A stretch of DNA of 64,000 bases from Candidatus Micrarchaeota archaeon. Lineage in GTDB: Archaea; Iainarchaeota; Iainarchaeia; Iainarchaeales; JAGVWC01. Of the stretch, positions 43,304 to 54,234 are shown piece after piece (the stretch's first letter is position 1; the number at the start of each line of letters is the position of its first letter). The notes under the pieces were generated by a model. The model searched no databases. It saw only the letters and a program-made list of their open reading frames with translations, and was not told where the DNA came from. The translations under genes were made by a program, and so were the position numbers. The stretch lies in NCBI GenBank assembly GCA_043803815.1, contig JAZDJR010000014.1, forward strand, positions 40,389 through 104,388. Reading direction: 5' to 3'.

Positions 43304-46300
43304 TCAGTTGGAAGTTCCGAATTGGGTCACGCCAAAGCAGGCGTTTAATGAACACGCGATTCCGACGCCGATTTGGGTGACATTCGGGTTCAGCATGTTT
43401 TGGCGGTGGCCGGAGCTGTTGTTCCATTGGTCAAAAAACTTTTGGCTGGCATCGATGGTGGAAATACCCGCGGGGTTGAAGAAAGTAGCGGTGTTTTCGG
43501 GGGCAAAAGTGGAATGGTCAATAGTTCCAACTGAAAGCAGATGTTCGCTCCACGTTTGGGATTGGCGGTCCAAAAAATCGTTTTCGGTTAATGCGGCCAG
43601 ATTTTGCTTTTGGCGCTCCGCGTTTACCAGTTCAACTAGTTTTTTTTTTTCAGCGGAATTGTTATTCCCTGCGGCGGGGGGATTCGTATTGTTTCCCGCG
43701 GGCGGGGTTACCGCGGCTCCGCCGGCCTGGCTTGGCAAAGTATACACCGGGTTCCAGTATAATTCCAGCGTGTCAATCGTTGCCTTGACGCAGACTTTGT
43801 TTTCTTTGATTGCGCTTGCAATATCCTTGAGGTTGTAGGTGCCGATTTCGACTTTTTCAAACGGCAGGTTCGTGGTGCCCGTTGCGAGGAACAATTCCTT
43901 GTTGTTCGCGGTCAAGACTGTCGGCTTTAGCGCTCCGGCATTGGCCGTGAGTGCGCCTTGGTAAATCGTCATGGTGGCCGAGCTTGCGGCGCAGCCCAAA
44001 CTAAACGTGGTCTTCTGGATTCCAATCGGCAGGTACAAATTGCCGTTGTAATTGTTATTCAGGAAACTGTATTGCGAGTCTCCTACAAGGTTGCAGGCCT
44101 GCTTGGGCGTCGACTGTCCTTCGTTGACTCCCGCCCAGTTGATTTTTCCATTCAATGCCGCATCGCTGAACTTGAAGAGCGTTCCCGTTTTTCCGCCGGA
44201 GTGCGTCAATACGAATCCGTAGGGAACGGTCGGGGAATAAATCGCGGTAGTTTGATTAATGGAAAGCAATCTTCCCTGGCTTGATTCGGCATTCGCGGTA
44301 TCCTTGAAAATGGACAACGTGAACTGCTTGAACGTGCTCGTGCCGTTAATCGGGCTGAAGCGTTCGGTTCCACTGGAAAACAAGAGTTCGTCTGTGGTTT
44401 TGCTAAAAGCGGTTCCGTAATCGCGCGACTGGGAATTTTGGAGCGACGCGTCCAACGGATTCTGCAAAAGCGGGTTATTCAGTAATTTCGTCTCTGCGGT
44501 AAGCGCCTTGGTAATTTTGACGGTTGAACTTCCTTCGGTTGTTTTCCAGGAATATTCAATGGTCTGGACGTAAACGCCACTGTCGATTGCGCTTGGAGTG
44601 GAAGATGGCTGGCTGGTGGCCGGTGTATTGTTTCCGATTTGGAAGTTCCATTCCTTGACGGTTCCCGCAGTTGTTCTGAATTCCTGCGAGCCGGTCGCGC
44701 CGTAGTACGCCGCAAAGTCGGTCTTAAAAGCCAAGGAATAATTATCCGCAATGAGGTTGGACTTGATGTCTCCTTTGGAATTGGACAAGGTATCCAACAG
44801 TGTGACTTGGGGTTCTTTTTCCAAAAGTTCTTTAATCGGGCTTGCGTCCTGCGCTTTTTTGAATTCCGCGGCGTCCTTATTGTTGTTCCATTCCTTGGTT
44901 ACCGCGACCGCGATTTTCGGCGTCAGGTTCGCATTGGCGAGTGTTTCCAAAAACTTGGCGCTATAATCATATAATCCGGTTACCTTCGGATCTTTTTTGA
45001 CCAATGATTCGATTTTGCAAGTCGGTTCGTTGTTAGTCGCGCAGGTCTTGAACTGCTGGTGCAGGTAGCCGAACTCGTTAAGCGTAAAAACCAACGTAAC
45101 ATTTTCGGGTTTGCCGGGAACGATTGCGGGAATCGAAACCAAGGGCTCGGCTCCAAGCGATTGGGCTGAAGCGATAAAATCCTTGTTCTCGGTCGAGTTG
45201 GTCAGGGTTACTTCGACCGTGATTTTGTTCTTGTAATTCGGGTCCTGGGCCAAGCCGTTCAGTATCTGCTGCATCGCGTTGATTTTGTCAGCCGGGGTCG
45301 CATCGGGTTTTTTGAAATTGGTTATTGCGCCTTCGATGTCCTTGGTGGACGCAATGTCCTTGAGTGTAATCGTCGCGTTGTCTTTCAAAAAGAACGCCTT
45401 GGCTTCCTTGTTATTGGAGGGATTGGCAATGAACTTATTGGACGCCGCGTCAAAGTTTGCGTTATCGATAATCGCGTTGGATAATTGGCTTTTCCAGAGC
45501 ACGAGATTGCCCGTGTTTTGGAATTCAGATAATTTTTCGCCGAATATTTTGGTCAAGGTGTCTTTGTTGGTTGTGGTGATTGCAAGCAGGTCTTTGGTAA
45601 TCAATTGCTTGATTTTGTTTGTTTTTTTTGCAAGTTCAATCGTGTTTTGCACTCCGTCGCAGTAATAATTCTGGGTGCTCGCGACAACGTCGCAGGCTTT
45701 TCCGTTGGTTGCCGCGTCGCCGCTTAATCCCAAATTGTCATTCCAGTTGAACAATAACAGGTTCAGTCCGGATTTGTTGTATTCGTCCGTTCCGGTTGCG
45801 CGGTTGCTTGCGGTTCCCGAGCAGATGTCGGCTTGCTTGGTGTCAACCGTTGGAGTGCCGGGCGCGTTGTTTCCGGGAACCGGAGTTCCACCGGGACCGC
45901 CAGGTCCGCCGGGTCCCTGGTTTTGGTCTCCCAAGGTTACGCAGGCTTTGACCGGAATTTCAATCGAATAAGTGCCAAACGGTGTTTGGCGCGTGACGGT
46001 TGCCTTGATTTTTTCGTTTAATCGTGCTTCTCCTTTTCCTTTGGCGTTGGTCTTGTCAACCGTGAGTTTGATTGCGCTGTTTCCGGAGTTTCCGCTGATG
46101 GATGATTGTTTTCCCGCGCCGGTTTCAAACGTGAATTTGACTCCGCCGACTTCAAACGATTTGGTCTGGATTTGGATGCTGTCGGTGGGGCTGCAGACGT
46201 TTAATGCGGAAGCGGGGATTCCGACCGGCGCTGCGGACGGAAGCGTATAATTTTGCGCGTAATACGGATAGGGCTGCGGCAAGGTGGTGGACGCATAGCT

Positions 46301-49300
46301 GGGCTGCATAGTTGGTCCAAGCGGGTTGGTGATTGAAGTGGAATAAGGGGAAGCGTATACGCTGGAAGCAATCGGCAAGGCGGAAACATTGGGATTTCGG
46401 ACTCCGGCATAATTAGCGCCGCCCGGTCCGTAGGCGTTTTGTCCGAAAATTCCGCCGTCCATGTCCGCCGAACCGGCTCCGTTAGCCGCAATCGGCACGT
46501 TGCGGTACGGATTTTGTCCGATGCGAAGCGCTTGGCGTTCGCTGTAAGAATAAGTTTTTTTGGCTCCAAAATCCGCGTCCGTCAAACAGGCGCCGTAATC
46601 CAATTCGTTCGGGTCGACGCATTGCTGGGGAGAAATGGCGGGGTTTCCAAAGTCCGCGATTTCGGGCAACGCGCTCCACATGTCCTGCAGTTCGACCAAA
46701 AACATTTTGCGGCCAACATAACCGTCGGGTGTCATGTATTGCACGATTAATTGCGCGCGTCCTTGCGCGCGGTTCAACGACTGCGAGGCAAACGAGCGGA
46801 TGCCAAGCACGCTGTCCGTGATGCTTCCGCCGATTGGAATTTGCTGGGGGCGGTAATCGATGTTTTTGTATAATTCAAAATCAAGCACTTGGTAATATTG
46901 CCCCACTCCGGAAGGAACGGTCTGCAGGTTCAAGGGCTCGATGGATGCCGCAAGCCCGGGATTTCCGGTTTGGTATGCCAACTGGTCGCCGTATCCCTGA
47001 TTGGAAAATGCAATCGAATCGAGGTCGATTCGCACGCCTTGCGAAAAGCAGGTGTTGATTACGGTTGCGCGCTGGGGCTTGGCGACAAAGTCGTTGAATT
47101 GGAATTTGCGCTTGTTCAACTGGATGCAATTGTCGTACAGGCTCGGGTCGCCGCTGGGCATCACGTTGACCAGCAATTGTCCGACGTTTTCGCGCGTGTC
47201 TTTGGAGTCTTTTAGTTTGCCTTTGACTTTGAGCGGATAAATTCCGTAGTATTGCGTGGATTCGACGTGCACGATTTGTTCGGCGTCGGGTTCGAGATTC
47301 AAAACCGGCTGGTCCACCAATAAGGCGGGGTCGGGTTCGAAGCTGATTTCAATCTGCGCCTGGCAATGGTTCAGAATGCGGAACTGGTTGTTGCGGCCGT
47401 ACATAGAATTGAACTGGTTAAAATTTCCGAATTGTCCGCCGAATTGCTGTCCATACTGGCTTGAATAACCGTTGTAATTTGGAATCGAACCGTTTGAGGC
47501 GACCGGGCTCCAGGTATCGTAAGACGGCTGGGAGTAGCCCGCGTACGGATAATTATTGGAGTATAATTGTTCGGGATAATTGACGGTAGTCGGGTTTCCG
47601 TTGACCGAACCGTATCCGCTTTGCAATTGGCTTTGGTAATTGTTGTATCCGCCGGTGAAATCAAACCGGTTCATGCCCGTGTTGCTTCCGCCGGAACCGT
47701 AGGGGCTTCCCGAATACGTATTGTAACCGCTTCCGTAATTTCCGCTGCCGAATGCTCCCGGCGTTCCGTACGTGCCCAGTCCGCTAATGCCGCCGTAAGA
47801 ACCGCCGGTGTAAGGGCCCGTTGCGCTTCCGTAGCCGCCGTAGCCGTACTGTCCGCCGTTAATCGCGGAGCCGATTCCATAGTTTCCGCCGCCGTAACCC
47901 GAGCCTTGCGCGCCGTATAATCCGCCGCCATAGCTGCCCATTCCGCTGCCATAACCGTCGGTTCCGCCGTATCCTCCGGCTGCTCCGTAGTAACCCGCGC
48001 CTCCGTAACCGTATTGTCCGTAAATTCCGTTTCCGATTCCCGGAGAAGTCGAATAAACCGTAATCTGGGGCGGCACGATTTCAACGCAGGCGGTCAAATC
48101 GCTGACCTGAATCGTGGTAGCAAGTATGGCCACTATGGGCTGAACTCCGTTGTTGGAAACGTGCTGTCCGCGCAAAATAATTTTGAGCTCTCCGCTGCCG
48201 GTTTTAATCGACGCGTCGGGAGTAAACGTGATAAAAACCACGGATTCGGAATTGGCTGCCAAAAGCGGCGCCACGATTTGGGGCCTGTTGGTCAGGGTAA
48301 CGCTGACGGGGTGGCTGATTTGCAGGTTGGCTTTTTTTCCTGTCGGATTGGCGGCTTGCGAGCTTGCGCTGACGGAATTGACAATCAATGTTCCGTTGAA
48401 TGCCGGTCCGCCGAGCTGGTAATGCGTTCCTTGCGAGCAGGTTCCGCAAGTAATAGGGAATGTTCCGGATTGGCTTGCGACAAACCGGATGGTTTGCGGA
48501 GCAGTCGAACTCGTGATTTGCTGGTTGATTCCAAAAGCGTCAATCGTGATTCCGTGGCCGTGGCCTTCGGTTCCAGGTTCGGTCGTGGCATTGATGATTA
48601 CGGTGTCGCCTTGGTTCACGGTCAGAGTCGAGGGAGAATAACCGCCCAGATGCGTAATGTTTACGGTAAATGTTTTGGTTTGGGCAGCGGTTGAATTGGA
48701 ACCGGAAGCGGAATTATCGATTATATTGGTGTTGCCAAAAGTCGTTCCGCCTGCCGCGATTCCCATTCCTTCCAAGGAAGTATTGGCCAAAGCCGAGCCG
48801 TCGGTGAGTTCTCCGCTTAATACAAAAGCGCCCAAGGGGTTTTGGCTAGCGGGCTGCTGCAAAAACGCTTCAAGGTTGCGCAAAGAAACGCTTCCGTTGG
48901 ACACCTGGCAGGTGTTGGTTATTTTGAGTTCCAAAGCCTGGTTTTTGGTGCTGGCGGTACGGATATTCCAGTTGACGGGTTCAATGGTCAGGCATTTAGA
49001 GTCGGTTACTTCCCCGCCGAATCCGATATGCACGGTAATCGGAACCGTGTTTGGCCATGACAGATTTGCGTTCGGGTTTTCGGTTACGATTATCATGTCG
49101 CCTTTGATAGTGACCGGTGCCAGCAATCGCTTGGCCAAATCGGTAAGCTCCACCCGAATCGAAAAATTATTGTCTTTGCCCGATTCCAGAGTTTGGCCGG
49201 CAATGTCCTGCACAAACTGCGCGTTTAACAGCCGGTTAAAATCATTTGAAAAACCCGCTTTTGAAATCCGCAAGGGAAATTGGGTCTGGTTGGTAATCGT

Positions 49301-52300
49301 AAAATCGCGTTCGAACCCGAACACTCCGGTTACGGTCAGTGTTTCGTCCACCGAATCGGGGACAATCGACAAAATATTCGTGGTAACCTGCCATTGATGT
49401 TCCGCGGTTTTAAATCCCGGCTTTCGTGCGGTAACTTTTACAACCGCTCCGGGCTGGGGGGACTGCAAAGTATAATGGAAAACTCCCGCGCCGTCCGTCA
49501 GGCCGCTTGTGACAATTGTTCCGTCAACGGCAATGTCCACGTTGGCTCCGCTGATGGCGTTGTTCTGGTCGGGTTCCGAATAACGGATAATCAAATCGTT
49601 GTCCAAAAACGGCGCCAAGGTTTTGGGCAAAACCGCAAGCATGGTCGGCTTTGCGGCTTCGACATTAATTGAAACGGTTTTTTGGAATGCGACCTGGCTG
49701 TTGGACTTGACCGTCAAATCCAAAGTGCTCGGCCCGTCGTTGACGGTTGCAAAAGCGATTTCGCCAAACAGGCTTGAATTTTCGCCGAAATCCGCAACAG
49801 GAATTGCGATGCTTGCTTCGCCGTTAAACGAACCGCTTTTGACCGCGCCCTGGGCATCCGTAATACGGTAAGTGTTCATGGATAGCCCGCCGCTTAAATT
49901 GGCAAGTTCAAGTGAGGACTGCGAAAACGCGGTCGCGGAATTATTTATCAAGGAGAAAAATAATTTGTAGTTTTGCCCCGATTTGGCTGGATACTCGTCC
50001 ACTACCGCGGAGCGAAGGTTGGCCGCGGTGTCCTCGATAATCAAACTGTAGCAAAAATTGCTGGTGCAAAGACTCGATGGTCCGACGGAAAAAAACTTGT
50101 CGTTGGTTTTCGCGTACAATCCCTGCTTGACCGGAACGCTTTCGCTGTTGCCCAAAGTCTGGTCAATCGGAAAGCGGACATAAGAATCGCTTTTGCCCCA
50201 GGCGCGATAGCTGAACGGCAAAGAAGCGCCGGTCGGGGCTGAAGAAAGAACCTGCACCTGCGCTTCGATTTGGTAAACTCCGCCTTTCGGGTTTTTGAAA
50301 ACGATATTGGCCCACTTGGAAACTCCGGTCGTTACTTTGGTCGCGTCCTGTGCAAAACCGGTGGGCGGGGAAAACGAAAGTCCTTTGAGAACGCTACTGG
50401 CCGCGGCATTTACTTTGATAATGTTCCAGTAATCGGATTCCATCAGGTTCGTGATGCGTTCCTGCGCGTTTCCTGTGCGGATATGCACGCCGGCTTCGGA
50501 CAAGGAAGCGTTTGCGGGAACAAGCAATAATAATCGGGCGGTGTATTGCTGGCCGGATGAAAGCGCGTCGGAGGATTTTTCTTCGTTGACATACAATCCG
50601 TCCAAAACTACTTCAAAGCGCACGATATCCTGCCGCAGCCGCACATTTACGGTTATGGAACTGTCCGCGGGAGGCGTAACGGGAACGGTCGTAAACCGGC
50701 TGTAATTGCTTGCGGTTATTTCAAAGAAAACTTTTTTGTCCTGGCGGATGAGAAATTCTGCTTTGCCGTCGACTCCGGAATTTTTTTTATCGAGTTCCTG
50801 GCCTGAAAATTGGTCTACCGCTCGGACGCTTGCGCCTTTGACCGCGGTGCCGCTTGTATCCGTTACCATCACATCGACGGTTCCACTTCCAATCGGAAGA
50901 ATAATCGTCAATTGGTTGATTTGGCGGTCGGCAACCGTAACCACGCTTGAAGTTACGCTATCAAATCCTTCCTTGACCGCGTCCGCATAATAATTTCCCG
51001 GCTGCAATCTGGTAAACGTCGCTTTGCCGTCGATTCCGGTTCCGATTGCTTCGGACGCGGAATCTCCGCTAGGCGAGGACTTGAGCAAAACCTGCACGTT
51101 TTCAACCGGCTTGTTGGACTGGTCGGTGACCAAGACTTCCAGGGTTGTTTGCTGGCCGTCGCTTAACGGCTGCAATAATACTTCAATAATCGAATCGCTT
51201 TTTCCAAGGCTATTGAGCGTTGCAATCAGGTAACCGGGATTGTCGAATCGCACGGAATAAACATTTCCTGAATCGCTGACTCCGAATTCCGCATAGCCCG
51301 CGGCATCCGTTGAAGTGTTAAACAAGGTTACCCCGTTTTTTTGCAGGTAAACCGCGGTGTTGGGAACGGGCTGCCTGGTGGCCGCGTCTTTTACCGTAAA
51401 TTTTATTTTGCCCGCAACGACCATGGAGAGTTTGGCGGAAAAATTCGTAACCGCATTGGCGGTGACATCCTTGATGTCGTTGACCGCGCTGGAATCATAA
51501 TCCGCAAAATTCACGCTGGAATAGGTTACAATGTAATAGCGCCCCACGGGAACTTCTTCGAATGTGGCGGTTCCGTTTGGCCCCGTGGTTCTTCCGGAAA
51601 ACGGGACTCCGGCCTGGCTTCCCGTTGCGCGCAGCAACCGGATATTGACTCCGGCCGCGGGTTGCCCGCTTTGGTCGGTCAGAGAAACAACAACGGTTCC
51701 TTTAGCCGCGCTTTCTTCGGCAATCGAAAGGTTCGCGATTCCGGGGGACAAAAAATCCACGGTTCCGGTGCTGAAAGTTACTCCCGCGGTTCCGGGTGTT
51801 GCAATCAGTGTTCCGCAGTCGTTGGGAATATTCTCGACCGTAATAATTCCGTTGTTGGTCGTGGTCGGATAATTAAAACTCGGATTCGCGCTGCACGTGA
51901 ACGTTACACTGACGGGATCGGTGAACAACGCGCCGGTCACGCCGTGAACCAGATGAACGGTTTTGGAATAGGTTTGGTTTTGCGGGTCCAACAAAATTTT
52001 TCGCTCGACCGAATCGCTGTCCGCGAAAAGCTTTATGTTCTGCTGGATAAAACCGTCTTTGGAAACCGTAATGTCCAGCTGGGTTTTTTTCGGGAATTCG
52101 CGCCTGACTTTTCCCTGGCTGTCGGTTAACAGCGGAATGGGCGCATTCGTGCCGACGCCGATTGAAACGCTCGCGCCTTCCAAAGCGGTTCCCTGATTAT
52201 CGGTTACGGTCAATAGCACCGAAGAATTGCCCGCGAAAAAGCCCCCGAACGCGGCTGAAAAAAGCAGGTACAATACTATTAATACTAAAATAATGAAAAC

Positions 52301-52444
52301 GGGAAAGCTTGGAATGCCGGTGGATTCGATTGCGTCCACGACTTTGTAAACTGGAATGCCTTTTTCGTCAACCCAGTCCAGCATCCGATAATAGCGGTCT
52401 TCGAGGGAAAAATAGGCTCCTTTGATTGAATCCGTTACACCCAT
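43304..52444 (-). CDS. Giant membrane-anchored surface protein 2 (3046 aa) with inserted cupredoxin-like domain and C-terminal CAP/SCP domain
   Basis: Same leader and repeats as protein 1; HGHGITI...GTFPITCGTCSQGTH; VNAER...DHS...WNNSSGHRQNML. Confidence 0.88.
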   Translation of the reverse strand: MGVTDSIKGAYFSLEDRYYRMLDWVDEKGIPVYKVVDAIESTGIPSFPVFIILVLIVLYLLFSAAFGGFFAGNSSVLLTVTDNQGTALEGASVSIGVGTNAPIPLLTDSQGKVRREFPKKTQLDITVSKDGFIQQNIKLFADSDSVERKILLDPQNQTYSKTVHLVHGVTGALFTDPVSVTFTCSANPSFNYPTTTNNGIITVENIPNDCGTLIATPGTAGVTFSTGTVDFLSPGIANLSIAEESAAKGTVVVSLTDQSGQPAAGVNIRLLRATGSQAGVPFSGRTTGPNGTATFEEVPVGRYYIVTYSSVNFADYDSSAVNDIKDVTANAVTNFSAKLSMVVAGKIKFTVKDAATRQPVPNTAVYLQKNGVTLFNTSTDAAGYAEFGVSDSGNVYSVRFDNPGYLIATLNSLGKSDSIIEVLLQPLSDGQQTTLEVLVTDQSNKPVENVQVLLKSSPSGDSASEAIGTGIDGKATFTRLQPGNYYADAVKEGFDSVTSSVVTVADRQINQLTIILPIGSGTVDVMVTDTSGTAVKGASVRAVDQFSGQELDKKNSGVDGKAEFLIRQDKKVFFEITASNYSRFTTVPVTPPADSSITVNVRLRQDIVRFEVVLDGLYVNEEKSSDALSSGQQYTARLLLLVPANASLSEAGVHIRTGNAQERITNLMESDYWNIIKVNAAASSVLKGLSFSPPTGFAQDATKVTTGVSKWANIVFKNPKGGVYQIEAQVQVLSSAPTGASLPFSYRAWGKSDSYVRFPIDQTLGNSESVPVKQGLYAKTNDKFFSVGPSSLCTSNFCYSLIIEDTAANLRSAVVDEYPAKSGQNYKLFFSLINNSATAFSQSSLELANLSGGLSMNTYRITDAQGAVKSGSFNGEASIAIPVADFGENSSLFGEIAFATVNDGPSTLDLTVKSNSQVAFQKTVSINVEAAKPTMLAVLPKTLAPFLDNDLIIRYSEPDQNNAISGANVDIAVDGTIVTSGLTDGAGVFHYTLQSPQPGAVVKVTARKPGFKTAEHQWQVTTNILSIVPDSVDETLTVTGVFGFERDFTITNQTQFPLRISKAGFSNDFNRLLNAQFVQDIAGQTLESGKDNNFSIRVELTDLAKRLLAPVTIKGDMIIVTENPNANLSWPNTVPITVHIGFGGEVTDSKCLTIEPVNWNIRTASTKNQALELKITNTCQVSNGSVSLRNLEAFLQQPASQNPLGAFVLSGELTDGSALANTSLEGMGIAAGGTTFGNTNIIDNSASGSNSTAAQTKTFTVNITHLGGYSPSTLTVNQGDTVIINATTEPGTEGHGHGITIDAFGINQQITSSTAPQTIRFVASQSGTFPITCGTCSQGTHYQLGGPAFNGTLIVNSVSASSQAANPTGKKANLQISHPVSVTLTNRPQIVAPLLAANSESVVFITFTPDASIKTGSGELKIILRGQHVSNNGVQPIVAILATTIQVSDLTACVEIVPPQITVYSTSPGIGNGIYGQYGYGGAGYYGAAGGYGGTDGYGSGMGSYGGGLYGAQGSGYGGGNYGIGSAINGGQYGYGGYGSATGPYTGGSYGGISGLGTYGTPGAFGSGNYGSGYNTYSGSPYGSGGSNTGMNRFDFTGGYNNYQSQLQSGYGSVNGNPTTVNYPEQLYSNNYPYAGYSQPSYDTWSPVASNGSIPNYNGYSSQYGQQFGGQFGNFNQFNSMYGRNNQFRILNHCQAQIEISFEPDPALLVDQPVLNLEPDAEQIVHVESTQYYGIYPLKVKGKLKDSKDTRENVGQLLVNVMPSGDPSLYDNCIQLNKRKFQFNDFVAKPQRATVINTCFSQGVRIDLDSIAFSNQGYGDQLAYQTGNPGLAASIEPLNLQTVPSGVGQYYQVLDFELYKNIDYRPQQIPIGGSITDSVLGIRSFASQSLNRAQGRAQLIVQYMTPDGYVGRKMFLVELQDMWSALPEIADFGNPAISPQQCVDPNELDYGACLTDADFGAKKTYSYSERQALRIGQNPYRNVPIAANGAGSADMDGGIFGQNAYGPGGANYAGVRNPNVSALPIASSVYASPYSTSITNPLGPTMQPSYASTTLPQPYPYYAQNYTLPSAAPVGIPASALNVCSPTDSIQIQTKSFEVGGVKFTFETGAGKQSSISGNSGNSAIKLTVDKTNAKGKGEARLNEKIKATVTRQTPFGTYSIEIPVKACVTLGDQNQGPGGPGGPGGTPVPGNNAPGTPTVDTKQADICSGTASNRATGTDEYNKSGLNLLLFNWNDNLGLSGDAATNGKACDVVASTQNYYCDGVQNTIELAKKTNKIKQLITKDLLAITTTNKDTLTKIFGEKLSEFQNTGNLVLWKSQLSNAIIDNANFDAASNKFIANPSNNKEAKAFFLKDNATITLKDIASTKDIEGAITNFKKPDATPADKINAMQQILNGLAQDPNYKNKITVEVTLTNSTENKDFIASAQSLGAEPLVSIPAIVPGKPENVTLVFTLNEFGYLHQQFKTCATNNEPTCKIESLVKKDPKVTGLYDYSAKFLETLANANLTPKIAVAVTKEWNNNKDAAEFKKAQDASPIKELLEKEPQVTLLDTLSNSKGDIKSNLIADNYSLAFKTDFAAYYGATGSQEFRTTAGTVKEWNFQIGNNTPATSQPSSTPSAIDSGVYVQTIEYSWKTTEGSSTVKITKALTAETKLLNNPLLQNPLDASLQNSQSRDYGTAFSKTTDELLFSSGTERFSPINGTSTFKQFTLSIFKDTANAESSQGRLLSINQTTAIYSPTVPYGFVLTHSGGKTGTLFKFSDAALNGKINWAGVNEGQSTPKQACNLVGDSQYSFLNNNYNGNLYLPIGIQKTTFSLGCAASSATMTIYQGALTANAGALKPTVLTANNKELFLATGTTNLPFEKVEIGTYNLKDIASAIKENKVCVKATIDTLELYWNPVYTLPSQAGGAAVTPPAGNNTNPPAAGNNNSAEKKKLVELVNAERQKQNLAALTENDFLDRQSQTWSEHLLSVGTIDHSTFAPENTATFFNPAGISTIDASQKFFDQWNNSSGHRQNMLNPNVTQIGVGIACSLNACFGVTQFGTSN

Positions 52445-52581
52445 CCAATCACTTCGTAATCCGATAAGATTAACCCCAAAACGGCTTTTTATTCTTATTC
52501 TTCAGGGGTACCCAAAAAGCCGTTTTTTCCTGTCCAAACAACGCAATTGGACTTTTTATGCCTTTGTGAAAAACCCTTCAG

Positions 52582-54135
52582 TTAGGATGTTTCGCAGGAA
52601 TATCCGCCCGTGCAGCCGCCGCCCGCCGTGGCGCATTTTGGATAGCACATCGGAAGCGGGGGAAGCGGCACATATCTTCCACTCCCAGCAAAGTCAGTAT
52701 CGGTTATTAAAACGCGGTAATTTTCAGTATTGTTTTTGTTTACGCGGTACAACTGGTTTTTCTCGTTGTAAATAAAAGTTAAGCCGACTCCCTGCAGCGA
52801 AGAACAAAAAGTGTATGTGCTGCTCTCGGTGGGTAAATTGATTTCCGTGTTTCGACGGCCGTTCGGTGATTCCACACGGATATCGGTAAAATTGACTTTC
52901 ACGCAATGGATGTTGGCGGGGTCTGGGCAGGGAGCGGTGTTGGGAGCGGTGTCGAGCGGGTCGTTCATTTCGTTGGTCGTTAAAAACAGCCAATTCAAAT
53001 AATCCTGCACCTGTGCTCGAACTGCAAGGCTCGTGTTTGGCGGCTCCCACGGTTTATACGTAGCGGGCCCCGAGAAAACGGACTGTGGAATCGTAAGTGT
53101 CGTATCCCGTTCTCCGGAAGTCCCAGACAAAAGACCGCTGGAAGTTCTGGGGCAAATATGGTCGCTCCAGTTTCCGCTGTTAGAACCAAATGGATCGGTG
53201 CGGGGCTTGCACGAGTTCGGGTCGCAGATGCCAAGTCCCGCGCCCTGCAGTTTGCTTCGTATTGTGGAATCAAAAACGGTTACGTCCGCGATTTTTTTGG
53301 CGTGCGCGACCGCCTTGAAAATCCGAATCGGCATGTAAATCCGGATGTTGCGGCGCGGCAAAATCGCGGTGTACAAAAAATTTTTGGTGGCAACGTTTTG
53401 CACCTGTATTTTTGGCAGGCTTTCGTAAATAGATTCATCCAGTTCGCAATTGGCATAATTGTCGCTTGCATTGCAATTATTGGGGTCAAACGCTCCTTTG
53501 CTTAAGTCCACGTTCACGTAAAAAGTACCGGTGTAGCAGTTCAGTTCGTCGGCGCAGTCGATTACTTCAAAAAACTTTTTTCCGGGAACCGATGTGGAAT
53601 TCTGAATGGATAGCTTGAGCGCTTCCTCCATCTTATCCTTGTCAATTATCAGTTTCATGGTGTAGCGGCCGAAGCTTCCGCCTTCGGACAAAGTGCCGAC
53701 CATGTTGTTGGTGAGTTCGTGCGCAAACTGCTGGTTGCAGGGCTGTCCCGCAATCGCGCATCCGCCACCGAAATTAACGGAAACATAATTGTCCACGAGT
53801 TTTTGCCAGCATTTTTTTCGTTCCGTATCGTTTGGAGCCGGGTCGCATCCGAGGCTGGGCTGTAGCGGGAAATAATTTTCCTGCGACGGGTTCGTGAGCC
53901 AGCCTTCCATGCGCAGGCGCAAATTATACGTGAACACCTGCAAAGCATCCGCGCGCGCCAAATCGGCAATCGCCTGCATCTGGCTTTGCTGTTCCAAATC
54001 CGAAACAGTTGCAATTGCTTTGTCTTCGGTTTGCGTCATTGCGTTGGTCAAAAGGACGGCTAAAATAATCAGGACAAACGAGACCAATGCGGTGAACAGG
54101 TTAAACGCCGATTGATTCAGGAATCGCTTGGCCAT
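52582..54135 (-). CDS. Cys-rich exported protein with pilin-like N-terminal helix
   Basis: Short basic leader MAKRFLNQSA, then FNLFTALVSFVLIILAVLL and an extended helix; many Cys pairs. Confidence 0.7.
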   Translation of the reverse strand: MAKRFLNQSAFNLFTALVSFVLIILAVLLTNAMTQTEDKAIATVSDLEQQSQMQAIADLARADALQVFTYNLRLRMEGWLTNPSQENYFPLQPSLGCDPAPNDTERKKCWQKLVDNYVSVNFGGGCAIAGQPCNQQFAHELTNNMVGTLSEGGSFGRYTMKLIIDKDKMEEALKLSIQNSTSVPGKKFFEVIDCADELNCYTGTFYVNVDLSKGAFDPNNCNASDNYANCELDESIYESLPKIQVQNVATKNFLYTAILPRRNIRIYMPIRIFKAVAHAKKIADVTVFDSTIRSKLQGAGLGICDPNSCKPRTDPFGSNSGNWSDHICPRTSSGLLSGTSGERDTTLTIPQSVFSGPATYKPWEPPNTSLAVRAQVQDYLNWLFLTTNEMNDPLDTAPNTAPCPDPANIHCVKVNFTDIRVESPNGRRNTEINLPTESSTYTFCSSLQGVGLTFIYNEKNQLYRVNKNNTENYRVLITDTDFAGSGRYVPLPPLPMCYPKCATAGGGCTGGYSCETS

Positions 54136-54234
54136 GAATACTCCAACGAAATCCTAATTATTAAGAATTTGCGGGAAATCGGCGGCAGGAACCCAAAACC
54201 AAAAATAAGTTATGTAGCATTTGAGTGGGGTTTT

